A program made the position numbers and the translations under genes. Below the pieces are notes generated by a model. It saw only the letters and a program-made list of their open reading frames with translations. It ran no database searches and was not told the origin of the DNA. From positions 1 to 47,337 of the forward strand of contig CAYHBW010000004.1 of the NCBI GenBank assembly GCA_964355085.1: a stretch of 47,337 bases of DNA, given 5' to 3'. This document shows positions 32,001-39,179 of this stretch, in pieces (the first letter of the stretch is position 1; the number at the start of each line of letters is the position of its first letter). The stretch is from an uncultured Candidatus Saccharibacteria bacterium. Lineage in GTDB: Bacteria; Patescibacteriota; Minisyncoccia; UBA6257; 02-FULL-45-10c.

Positions 32001-32642
32001 TGCCTTTCTGAATTGAGCCGGATGATGGCCCCGTTCACGCCTTTTTTTGCCGATGCTCTTTATCTTTCAGTTTCCGCCGTCAAGGAATCCGTCCATCTTG
32101 AGGATTGGCCGGAAGCGGACAAGAAAGCGGTTGATTTTTCTTTACTCGAAAAAATGGAAGAAGTCCGAAGATTATCCAGCTTGGCTCTGGCGATCCGCGC
32201 TGAAAAAGGAATGAAGGTCAGGCAACCGCTTCAGGCGTTGGAAATAAAATCCAAGGCAATTGATGTTCGCGATGAAGAGCTTTTGGCGATTCTTCGCGAT
32301 GAAGTGAATGTAAAGGAAGTCCGATGGAATTATGAAATGAAAGAAGAATTGGCTTTTGATCTTGTAATAACGCCTGAACTCAAAGAAGAGGGTATTCTCC
32401 GGGAAGTTGTTCGCATGGTTCAAGGACTTCGCCATGATGCAGGTTATGTTCCTTCAGATGCCATCGAGCTTAGGATTGAGGGCCCTAAAGAGCTGGAAAA
32501 CGCCTTAAATGCGCATATGGCGCGTCTTAAGCGGGATGTGGGGGCGAAGTCGGTTGAGCTCAAAAAGAGCGATAAATATGACGCTGAATTGAGCACTAAA
32601 TTTGAAGACCAGCCGCTTTGGGTCGGGGTAAGAAAAATCTGA
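29100..32642 (+). CDS. ileS: isoleucine--tRNA ligase carrying an inserted histidine phosphatase domain
   Basis: 1180 aa. PTANGRPGIHH (HIGH), WTTTPWTLP editing domain, WAISRDRYWGTPLPIW, KMSKSKGN, C-terminal anticodon-binding region. Confidence 0.95.
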   Translation: MLRGLKEFKLPEIEERVLKFWKENRIFEKSLKLRENAKPFRFFEGPPTANGRPGIHHVLGRAFKDVIPRYKTMQGYLVNRKAGWDTHGLPVEIEVEKELGLKNKQEIEKFGIAEFNEKAKSSVWRYQEEWEKLTDRIGFWLDMKNPYVTYKPDYVESLWWVLKQIADRDLLAQSFKIVPYCPRCQTPLSSHEMGQPGVYKKVKDPSVYVKFTLRQAKGKKNKAKEYLLVWTTTPWTLPSNVAVAVNPELSYTKYKVGKDFVWSYNPPPSPEATADKSSENIEVVEKISGKKMIGWEYEPMFKVKGPWLKNKKFFKVYGAGFVSTTDGTGLVHIAPAFGEDDMQLIKKEQKELVGQIPITIDARGIVQAGLPGAGRFAKQADKDIIAHLLDKKILLKYEEIEHDYPFCWRCGTPILYFSRFSWFIEMSGLRDQLLKNNEKINWVPDHIKEGRFGEWLREIKDWAISRDRYWGTPLPIWRCGDCEATKVVGSLKELDDSRFSENNFYFLRHGESDHNLTDIIAAGPERGKNISKLTKKGLAQAEEAGKNIKKMLGKNKLDFIFASPYQRTKQTAKAVAKQTKAKLIFDKRLVEIDAGIFNWRVVGEFHKFFENSLERFTKSPAGGENLNDVKKRMFGAILDINSKYSGKNILIVSHGDPLWVLEGAMKGLDNEEILNLDYIKTDGKPRKVELHNWPYNMNCELDIHRPYVDDLHLKCGKCDGKMTRVKEVADSWFDSGAMPFAQFHYPFAQDLKNPLDMNSIEKTIEFPADYISEGIDQTRGWFYTLLAVATALGLENPYKNVITLGLVLDKNGQKMSKSKGNVVSPWDMIQKYGSDVVRWYYYTINPPSESKKFDELDLGKMLRKFIMIIYNSFVFLETYGDKSPDHSRGVDLGRLQNVLDRWISARLNQTIEQATEGLEKYDVGSAGKALESFADDLSRWYIRRSRPRLQKPDDMKDYASASATLRFCLSELSRMMAPFTPFFADALYLSVSAVKESVHLEDWPEADKKAVDFSLLEKMEEVRRLSSLALAIRAEKGMKVRQPLQALEIKSKAIDVRDEELLAILRDEVNVKEVRWNYEMKEELAFDLVITPELKEEGILREVVRMVQGLRHDAGYVPSDAIELRIEGPKELENALNAHMARLKRDVGAKSVELKKSDKYDAELSTKFEDQPLWVGVRKI
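30585..31200 (+). other. histidine phosphatase (PGAM-like) domain inserted in the IleRS catalytic core
   Basis: FYFLRHGESDHN (RHG), SPYQRTKQTA, EIDAGIF, IVSHGDPLW. It sits between ...VVGSLKELD and DIHRPYVDD, which are only about 13 aa apart in the Thermus IleRS sequence as I recall it. Confidence 0.75.
31744..31784. repeat. 41-nt double-hairpin palindromic element inside ileS (copy 2)
   Basis: CCCCGAC-CATA-GTCGGGG (31748-31765) and AGTCGAC-TTGG-GTCGACT (31766-31783). Confidence 0.8.
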
Positions 32643-32673
32643 TTGATAAATTATTGAATAATAAAGATAAATA

Positions 32674-32700
32674 AAAAAACAGCCGATAGGCTGTTTTTTA
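32674..32700. terminator. bidirectional terminator between ileS and trpS
   Basis: ACAGCC-GATA-GGCTGT flanked by A7 and T6 tracts. Confidence 0.75.
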
Positions 32701-32702
32701 TT

Positions 32703-33671
32703 TTATAGCAATCCGAGTTTTTTCTTAATTTCTTTCATTTTTGCGAAAGCGAGTTTTTTTGCTTTTTTGTCCCCAGCACTCAGAATAGTTTTAAGTTTCA
32801 AGTCAGAAGTTTTAAGTTCGCGGAACGGAGTAAGGGCTTTGACCGCAACGTCGGCAAGGTCGGATTTGAATTGTCCGTAACCTTTGCCGGCATATTTCTT
32901 TTCCAGATCAGATACGGATTCTCCAGTCAGGGCTTCATAGATGAGAAGGAGATTGGAAACGCCGGTTTTATTTTGGAGATCAAATTTCACTTCAGATCCG
33001 GAGTCCGTTACTGCGCGCTTTATCTTTGATTCGATATCTTTCGGAGAATCGTCCAGGAAAAGACATCCTTCCGGTTGAGACTTAGACATCTTTTTCATCG
33101 GATCGTTCAAGCTCATTACGCGCGGAGTTTTTGTCATAAGCGCCTGCGGCTCTGCAAATGTATTACCAAAACGATTATTGAATTTGCGGGCAAGAGTCCG
33201 CGCTAGTTCCAAGTGTTGAAGCTGGTCATCTCCGACTGGGACAGTTTTCGCGTCATACAGTAGTATATCCGCAGTCATGAGGAGCGGGTAGGTAAGTAAG
33301 CCCACATTCACTGATTCCTGCAGTGCTGACTTATCTTTGTATTGCGTCATTCTTTCCAGTTCTCCGATAGGAGCAATGGTATTGAATATCCAGGCGAGTT
33401 CTGTTGATTCAGGAATATGCGATTGGATAAACACAGAAGATTTTTTCGGATCAATGCCGGCGGCAAGATAGGCCTTGGCAACGCCAAGGACTTCTTCTGA
33501 TTTTTTAGCCGGATCAAAATCAATCGTCAGAGAGTGATAGTCCGCGATGAAAAACAGGCACTGATACTTTCCGGAATTCTGAAGTTCCACAAAGTTTTTT
33601 AGAGCGCCTAAATAATTACCGAGATGTAATCGGCCTGTCGGCTGGATTCCGCTGATTAAGATTGGCTTCAT
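32703..33671 (-). CDS. trpS: tryptophan--tRNA ligase
   Basis: 322 aa. GIQPTGRLHLGNYLG (HIGH) and KMSKS. Confidence 0.95.
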   Translation of the reverse strand: MKPILISGIQPTGRLHLGNYLGALKNFVELQNSGKYQCLFFIADYHSLTIDFDPAKKSEEVLGVAKAYLAAGIDPKKSSVFIQSHIPESTELAWIFNTIAPIGELERMTQYKDKSALQESVNVGLLTYPLLMTADILLYDAKTVPVGDDQLQHLELARTLARKFNNRFGNTFAEPQALMTKTPRVMSLNDPMKKMSKSQPEGCLFLDDSPKDIESKIKRAVTDSGSEVKFDLQNKTGVSNLLLIYEALTGESVSDLEKKYAGKGYGQFKSDLADVAVKALTPFRELKTSDLKLKTILSAGDKKAKKLAFAKMKEIKKKLGLL

Positions 33672-33748
33672 TTTGGTTGATTAGTTTATTAGTTAATTGG
33701 TTAGTTGGTTTAGTTTCTAATTTACCGACTAACTAATTAACTATTTAC

Positions 33749-35527
33749 CTACAGCTCTATCAGCACCGGAAGAACCATTGGTCTTCGCTTAGTCTTATTA
33801 TACAAGAGTTGGCCGATCTGGTCTCTGATGAGTCCCTTCACGTAGTCCGGTTCCGGCTGGTTGTTGCGCGGGATTTTTCCGAGGACATTTTTCAGTTTCA
33901 GGCGTATATCATCAAGCATCTGCTTATTTTCTTTGAGATAGATGAATCCGCGGGAAATGATGTCCGGAGTTTTCAGCATCCGGCCAGTCCGGCGGTCCAA
34001 AGTGGCGATGATGACAATCATGCCTTCTTCAGCAAGAAGCAGGCGGTCGCGCAAAACAACTTCCTGGACATCTCCGACTCCAAGTCCGTCAACCATGACG
34101 TAGTCAGTCGGGATTCTTTCTTCGGTTACTGTGAAGGATTCTGCGGTAAGGTTCGCAACCTGGCCGTTATCCATAAGAATCGCATTTTCTTTCGGCATTC
34201 CGATTTCCTGCGCGACTTTTGCAGCCGCCGATCTCTTGAAGTAATAACCGTGAATCGGAACCACATATTTCGGTTTGACTAATTTCAAGACAACACGGAG
34301 GTCGTCTTTAAGGCAGTGTCCGCTGGAGTGGATATCCAAAAGTTTGGAGTTGTAGACTTCATCAACTTGACGGGCGATATTATCCTGAAGCGCCTGAACG
34401 CTGCGTTCATTTCCAGGAACAACGGAAGAGGAGAAGATGACTGTGTCAGATCTTTTCAGACGGAGAACTTTGTGTTCGCCGTTGGTGATTTTAGTCAGTC
34501 CGGCATTTGGCTCACCTTGTCCTCCGGTGGAAAGAATCATTATCTTGTCATCTTTGTGTCGGCTGACTTCTTCAACTGCGATGACATTTTCTTTCTTGAA
34601 TTTCATATACCCGAGATTTTTTGCAATCTCGACGTTGTCTTTCATGGAGCGGCCGTTGATGGCGACTTTTTTCCCGAGTTTTTCCGCGATCTTGATGATT
34701 TCCGCAAGACGGGTCAACAGGGAAGAAAAAGTTGCGACGATGATGCGTCCTTTGGCGTTCTTGAAGAGCATTTCCAGATTTTTTTCCACGATTTTTTCCG
34801 GAACAGATTGTCCTTCGATGTCGGCGTTCGTGCTGTCCAGGAGAAGGGTGTGGATTCCGGCTTTCCCGAGTTTTTCGAATATTTCCAGCCCTTCCGGATT
34901 TCCTTCTATATCGCGTTCAACGCGGAAGTCTCCGAAAGTAGCCATTTTTCCGACCGGAGTTTCCAGGATGAATCCGATGGAATCCGGAATGGTGTGGTCG
35001 ATGGAGAAGAAATCTCCGGTGAAGTGCGTTGATATCCTCAAGCGGTCACCGTCATTGACGACGATGATTTTCGGCTTCGGGACATTCGGAAATTCCTGGA
35101 ATCTTTTTTCAACCAGCGCTTTGGTGAGGGCGGCGGTATAGATGACAGGATTGCCGAGCTTTTCAATCAGGTACGGAAGGGCGTGGATGTGATCGTAGTG
35201 GCCGTGGGTCAAAACAATCGCCTTTACGTTTTTCTTTTTCGGCTCGATGTAGCTGATGTTCGGAATTATGTAGTCGACTCCCGGAGTTTCCTCTTCGGGG
35301 AATTGGATGCCGACATCGATGACGACGATTTCATCCTTGTATTCGAAGAACGAGCAGTTTTGCCCGATCTGTTCCATTCCTCCGACAGGAACGAACCGCA
35401 GCGGAACCAGACCGGATTTTTCCGGTTGTTCCGTATGCGTTTTTTGCTCCCTGTGATGGGTGGCAGTTTCTTTATGTTCTTTTTTATGTGGCGCGAAAGT
35501 TCTTTTCGGCGCGCTAACTCTAATCAT
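33749..35527 (-). CDS. rnj: ribonuclease J
   Basis: Metallo-beta-lactamase HGHYDH, beta-CASP and a C-terminal domain. I placed the start at ATG 35527 because the longer track ORF (to 35704) runs through tRNA-Leu. Confidence 0.88.
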   Translation of the reverse strand: MIRVSAPKRTFAPHKKEHKETATHHREQKTHTEQPEKSGLVPLRFVPVGGMEQIGQNCSFFEYKDEIVVIDVGIQFPEEETPGVDYIIPNISYIEPKKKNVKAIVLTHGHYDHIHALPYLIEKLGNPVIYTAALTKALVEKRFQEFPNVPKPKIIVVNDGDRLRISTHFTGDFFSIDHTIPDSIGFILETPVGKMATFGDFRVERDIEGNPEGLEIFEKLGKAGIHTLLLDSTNADIEGQSVPEKIVEKNLEMLFKNAKGRIIVATFSSLLTRLAEIIKIAEKLGKKVAINGRSMKDNVEIAKNLGYMKFKKENVIAVEEVSRHKDDKIMILSTGGQGEPNAGLTKITNGEHKVLRLKRSDTVIFSSSVVPGNERSVQALQDNIARQVDEVYNSKLLDIHSSGHCLKDDLRVVLKLVKPKYVVPIHGYYFKRSAAAKVAQEIGMPKENAILMDNGQVANLTAESFTVTEERIPTDYVMVDGLGVGDVQEVVLRDRLLLAEEGMIVIIATLDRRTGRMLKTPDIISRGFIYLKENKQMLDDIRLKLKNVLGKIPRNNQPEPDYVKGLIRDQIGQLLYNKTKRRPMVLPVLIEL

Positions 35528-35598
35528 ATTTGTTTTGTTATTTTTAATTATTAATTTTTTTATTTTATTTTTTTTCCTATTAATTTGCCCCGTATTCC

Positions 35599-35617
35599 AT
35601 ACAAAGTGCCGAAGTGA
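35599..35617. repeat. left arm of a 19-bp inverted repeat flanking tRNA-Leu
   Basis: ATACAAAGTGCCGAAGTGA. The reverse complement of 35839-35857 is ATACAAAGTGCCGCAGTGA (18/19). Confidence 0.7.
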
Positions 35618-35627
35618 GGACTTTCTG

Positions 35628-35710
35628 TGCCCCCGAGAGGATTTGAACCTCCACGACCTTGCGGTCACACGCACCTGAAGCGTGCGCGTCTGCCGTTTCG
35701 CCACAGGGGC
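35628..35710 (-). tRNA. tRNA-Leu (anticodon CAG), long variable arm
   Basis: Acceptor GCCCCTG/CGGGGGC, anticodon stem CACGC/GCGTG with loop TTCAGGT, 16-nt variable arm, T-arm GGAGG-TTCAAAT-CCTCT. Confidence 0.9.
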
Positions 35711-35807
35711 ATTTTTATCGTTTTGCTTTGTATTTTATTATTTCCTCAATCCGGCACTATAAAGAGAAGAGTCTGCCTCCGCACATCCGCCAACTGGCGG
35801 GGGCGGA

Positions 35808-35825
35808 TCGCCACAGGGGCATTTT
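35808..35825 (-). repeat. duplicate of the tRNA-Leu 5' end plus upstream 5 nt
   Basis: TCGCCACAGGGGCATTTT is identical at 35698-35715 and 35808-35825. Confidence 0.75.
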
Positions 35826-35838
35826 CTCGATCAGTCAG

Positions 35839-35857
35839 TCACTGCGGCACTTTGTAT
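35839..35857. repeat. right arm of the 19-bp inverted repeat flanking tRNA-Leu
   Basis: TCACTGCGGCACTTTGTAT. Confidence 0.7.
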
Positions 35858-35915
35858 AGAATCCCGTTATCCTTAATCCATTTTCGGCAGGATACGGGGC
35901 GTTTTTGCCATTACT

Positions 35916-37571
35916 TTACTGGAATACTCTTGTGGTTTCCAGATACCACTTGTTCACATTCCGGAATCTGTCCGATGGAACCGAAATTATCGGCTCTTCG
36001 AATCCTCCGAAATGGCTCGGCGCGGCGTAAAGATATTTCGGCGAATATAGGAATATCGCCGGCATATCTTCGGAAATGATCCGCTGTATCTGGGAAAGCG
36101 CGATTGCGCGTTCTCCGGAGTCAGACCCTTTCCTTACCTGCTCGAGCAAGCCATCGACCTTTTTATTTTCATACAGGGACAGATTGAGTCCCGGGTAGAA
36201 TCTTTCGGATGAATGCCAGAAGGAGAAAAGATCGGGATTCTGCTTCAGGATGTTTCCGAAGAGAATCATCTGGTAATTTCTCGTCTTTATTATTTCATTG
36301 GCGATATCGGTCGGGTTCAGGGTTATGATGTTGATTCTAATGCCTACCTCCTCCAGATTTTTCCGGATAAGATCGGCGGCTTCAATCAGCGGACGGGATT
36401 GCGGGACTATCATTGAGAATTCCAGCGCATTCACCTGTTTGCCGGATTTTTTTTCGCGCATATTATCTGCGTTGAGTTTCCAGCCGGCTTTATCCAGCGT
36501 TTCCGCCGATTTTTCCGGAGAAAATCCGATAACCTGGTCGTTCTCCTTGTCATATCCATCAAGGATTGGAAGCACCGGCTGATTCACTTCGAGCGCTTTT
36601 CCGTTGAAAACATTTTCGATCATCACTTTTTTGTTTATGGCGTAATTCATCGCCATCACTACATTCCTGTCGTCCAATCCGGGAATGTTTTTATTGAGGA
36701 AAATCGCGTAATAGCGTGGCATGGATTTTTCCAGCACGGTGTTTCCGAGCTTGAGTTCCCCGATATTTTTCGGATTAAGTCCGCTGAAACCGTCGATTTC
36801 CCGCGAGTTGAAAGAGCTGATCAGTTCGGCCGGATTCTGATAGAATTTCACGACGAATTTTTCTATGAACGCCGGATCTCCGGAAAATTCCGGATTTGCG
36901 GAAAAATTGTAGGTTTCTATGAAGCCGTCCTTCCTTTTTTCGAATGAAGAGAATTTATACGGTCCGCTTCCCACCGGTTCCAGATTGTATTCTGAAAGGC
37001 GGAAATTTGCTAACGGAACCGCGCCCCAGATATGTTTCGGAATGAGTATCAGCTCTTTGAGGTTGTCCGCAAAGAATGCATAAGGAGTGCGGAGGGTGAA
37101 TTCAACTTCCAGTTCGCTGATCCGGTTCACGACGACTCCCTGCCAGCTGACTGAAAGCGGTGAACGGCTTTCCGCGCCTTGAATGGCGTCGAGCGTGAAA
37201 ATGACGTCATCGGCGGTCAGGGGCTTCCCGTCGCTCCAGCGAAGATCATCTTTCAAAATCACGTTCCACGTCCGGTTTTCATTTGATGATTTGTATTCTT
37301 TCGACAAGGATGCGAGGTCGATGAAAACAAGGCGGATAAGGTCCCGGTCCGCGTCATTCGCGCCAGCAAGCACAGGATTTATCGCAACCGGCTGTCCGAC
37401 TATCCCTTCTATATATAGCGGGGAAGCGGTCGGCTGTTCGACTGTGGCGGCTCGGAAAATAAGAATTCCCAATATTCCTCCGGAAATGATGGTCACGACA
37501 GTCAGTCCGAAAAATACCAATCGCTCATTGCGGTTGAATGTCCGGAATATATTAATAAGAAGAGTTAACAT
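35916..37571 (-). CDS. ABC transporter substrate-binding protein, family 5 (peptide/nickel type), membrane-anchored
   Basis: About 551 aa from ATG 37571 (track start 37649). N-terminal TM helix, then an SBP_bac_5-like sequence (RWSDGKPLTADDV...). Confidence 0.8.
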   Translation of the reverse strand: MLTLLINIFRTFNRNERLVFFGLTVVTIISGGILGILIFRAATVEQPTASPLYIEGIVGQPVAINPVLAGANDADRDLIRLVFIDLASLSKEYKSSNENRTWNVILKDDLRWSDGKPLTADDVIFTLDAIQGAESRSPLSVSWQGVVVNRISELEVEFTLRTPYAFFADNLKELILIPKHIWGAVPLANFRLSEYNLEPVGSGPYKFSSFEKRKDGFIETYNFSANPEFSGDPAFIEKFVVKFYQNPAELISSFNSREIDGFSGLNPKNIGELKLGNTVLEKSMPRYYAIFLNKNIPGLDDRNVVMAMNYAINKKVMIENVFNGKALEVNQPVLPILDGYDKENDQVIGFSPEKSAETLDKAGWKLNADNMREKKSGKQVNALEFSMIVPQSRPLIEAADLIRKNLEEVGIRINIITLNPTDIANEIIKTRNYQMILFGNILKQNPDLFSFWHSSERFYPGLNLSLYENKKVDGLLEQVRKGSDSGERAIALSQIQRIISEDMPAIFLYSPKYLYAAPSHFGGFEEPIISVPSDRFRNVNKWYLETTRVFQ

Positions 37572-37608
37572 TCTCTGCGAGAACCGCGTAAATAATGCGG
37601 TTTTTGGA

Positions 37609-37748
37609 CCAGGAAGTGAAAATTTGACTGGTCCCGCGAAGCGGGACAAACTTCAATCAAATTCTCAAGATATTACCCGGCGATAAATAGTAAATTAAAT
37701 ATAAATAATTTTCGATTGTTCCAATAAGGTCAAATTCCTACTTCCTGG
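37609..37748. repeat. 20-bp imperfect inverted repeat enclosing an intergenic hairpin
   Basis: CCAGGAAGTGAAAATTTGAC (37609-37628) versus the reverse complement of 37729-37748, CCAGGAAGTAGGAATTTGAC. Internal hairpin GTCCCGC-GAA-GCGGGAC 37631-37647. Confidence 0.55.
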
Positions 37749-37782
37749 CTAGATTAAATTTCAAATGTAATGCAGGATAAGT

Positions 37783-37998
37783 CTAGAGAACCAGACCGGC
37801 CAGAGCCAAAGCTGCGAATGCGATTGCCAAAACGATTGTTCCTCCGAAGATGAACTTTTCCAGTCCGCGGCGGGTCTGATAAAATCCTCCTTCGCCTCCG
37901 CCAAGAAGACCGGAGAGTCCGGATGAGCGCTCCTGAAGCAAAATAAAAACAATCAGCAGTACGGTTACAATTATCTGTGATATAGGAAGCCAATTCAT
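37783..37998 (-). CDS. secG: preprotein translocase subunit SecG
   Basis: 71 aa, two TM helices, central LLQ..SSGLSG..GG motif. Confidence 0.85.
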   Translation of the reverse strand: MNWLPISQIIVTVLLIVFILLQERSSGLSGLLGGGEGGFYQTRRGLEKFIFGGTIVLAIAFAALALAGLVL

Positions 37999-38007
37999 AA
38001 GTTGAGA

Positions 38008-38379
38008 CTAATCCTTTTTAAACAGGATCTTTGCGGAAAAATGAAGTAAGATATTCACTCCGGTAATAAGCAAAGTTCCGTATATAAGAGACTCAGTTCC
38101 ACTAATATTAACATTTACACTCAAAATGTCAAGAAGGTAGAGCATTCCGGCATTTATGACGAGGGTGAACAATCCTAGGGTCAGGAATATGATCGGCGAC
38201 AATATCATCTTCAAAAGAGGCCGGATGAACCAGTTTATGACAGTGAAGGTGGCGGCTGCGAGCAGGAGATTTTCAAAAGGAGAGGAAACGACTTCGAAAC
38301 CGGCGATAAACTGACCCGCCAGGATGATGGCGATCAGGTTGGAGAAGTATGAGAAGACTAAATTGGCAAACCATTTCAT
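38008..38379 (-). CDS. four-helix membrane protein of the phage holin family 4 / YvlD type
   Basis: 123 aa. NWFIRPLLKMILSPIIFLTLGLF..VINA..L motif. Confidence 0.5.
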   Translation of the reverse strand: MKWFANLVFSYFSNLIAIILAGQFIAGFEVVSSPFENLLLAAATFTVINWFIRPLLKMILSPIIFLTLGLFTLVINAGMLYLLDILSVNVNISGTESLIYGTLLITGVNILLHFSAKILFKKD

Positions 38380-38429
38380 ATACTCATTATAGCTTTTATT
38401 GCCCGCAAATAAAAAACCCCTAAAAGGGG

Positions 38430-38663
38430 TTATTTTAGAGGAGCGTATTTCATAGCTGCCCAGAGTGCAGCTACTATAAGAATAATAATGCCACTCTCTC
38501 CGCCGGCTTCGTTCTTTCGGATTCCGGAGACGGCCAAGGCGATAATTCCGATCATCGCAGCAACTTCTGGCTGGGCCAAGGCATTAATTGTGTTGGCGAG
38601 ATCCATTTGTTTTCCGAAAAGAAGATCCGAGAATAGTATTGCAAATTTATTTTTCAGTGTCAA
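38430..38663 (-). CDS. small hypothetical membrane protein
   Basis: 77 aa (possibly 58 aa from an internal Met), two TM helices. Terminator AACCCCT-TTT-AGGGGTT downstream. Confidence 0.45.
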   Translation of the reverse strand: MTLKNKFAILFSDLLFGKQMDLANTINALAQPEVAAMIGIIALAVSGIRKNEAGGESGIIILIVAALWAAMKYAPLK

Positions 38664-38710
38664 TTTTTCGGTTAAAAATAAAAACCGCCGGAAGCGGCGG
38701 CGTGCTATGT

Positions 38711-39115
38711 TTAAATGTCTACCCCATACGCGAGTTTATTGAGAAATTTCCTCATCAGGTCATTACTCTGTTTATCGTTTTTTCCCAGGACAAGAATTGC
38801 GGCCCGCATGCCAAGTTTGATCATCGTATTTCGGTTTGCCTTAGGTCCGAATCGTATTACGACTTGCCCGCTACTTTGTTTTTTAAGCCACTCTCTTAGC
38901 TGACGGAGTTTCATTACTGCTTTCAGCTTAAGTCGCTCTCTTTCAGGACAATTTTTGCAACAATTGCAGTGATGTTCGAAATTATACATCAGCATGCGCT
39001 CTCCATAGCAAAGATTTTTTACCGGCAGCCAACCTATATGCAAACGGGCTCCAAGAAGCGGCCCCTTAGGCATCTGTTGCGGGGAAATTCTGACTGATGG
39101 TCTGGGATTACTCAT
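38711..39115 (-). CDS. hypothetical Cys-rich protein
   Basis: 134 aa with an HHCNCCKNC cluster. Own TTGACA-17-TAAATA promoter at 39140-39168 (minus strand) and terminator CCGCCG-CTTC-CGGCGG. Confidence 0.5.
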   Translation of the reverse strand: MSNPRPSVRISPQQMPKGPLLGARLHIGWLPVKNLCYGERMLMYNFEHHCNCCKNCPERERLKLKAVMKLRQLREWLKKQSSGQVVIRFGPKANRNTMIKLGMRAAILVLGKNDKQSNDLMRKFLNKLAYGVDI

Positions 39116-39179
39116 GCGTCCTCAATTATTTAATGATCCGTTTTGAGTATGTCAAAAAATTTTCAGGAGGTCAAGAAAT

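Noticed and set aside
34316-35141. Long plus-strand ORFs (238 and 234 aa) inside rnj. Similar cases are 41086-41916 inside gpmI, 42497-43088 inside rny, 30633-31346 inside ileS and 15504-16079 inside the clp-like gene.
   Set aside because: They lie antisense to strongly recognisable conserved genes. Their sequences are low-complexity or biased, with no motifs. They are typical shadow ORFs.
35528-35704. N-terminal extension of the RNase J ORF up to 35704.
   Set aside because: The extension reads straight through the tRNA-Leu(CAG) gene (35628-35710) on the same strand. The internal ATG at 35527 gives a normal RNase J.
38008-38379. A holin-family protein as an indicator of a prophage or lysis cassette.
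   Set aside because: The PF04020/YvlD-type four-helix proteins are widespread chromosomal membrane proteins. There is no endolysin, terminase, capsid or integrase gene nearby.
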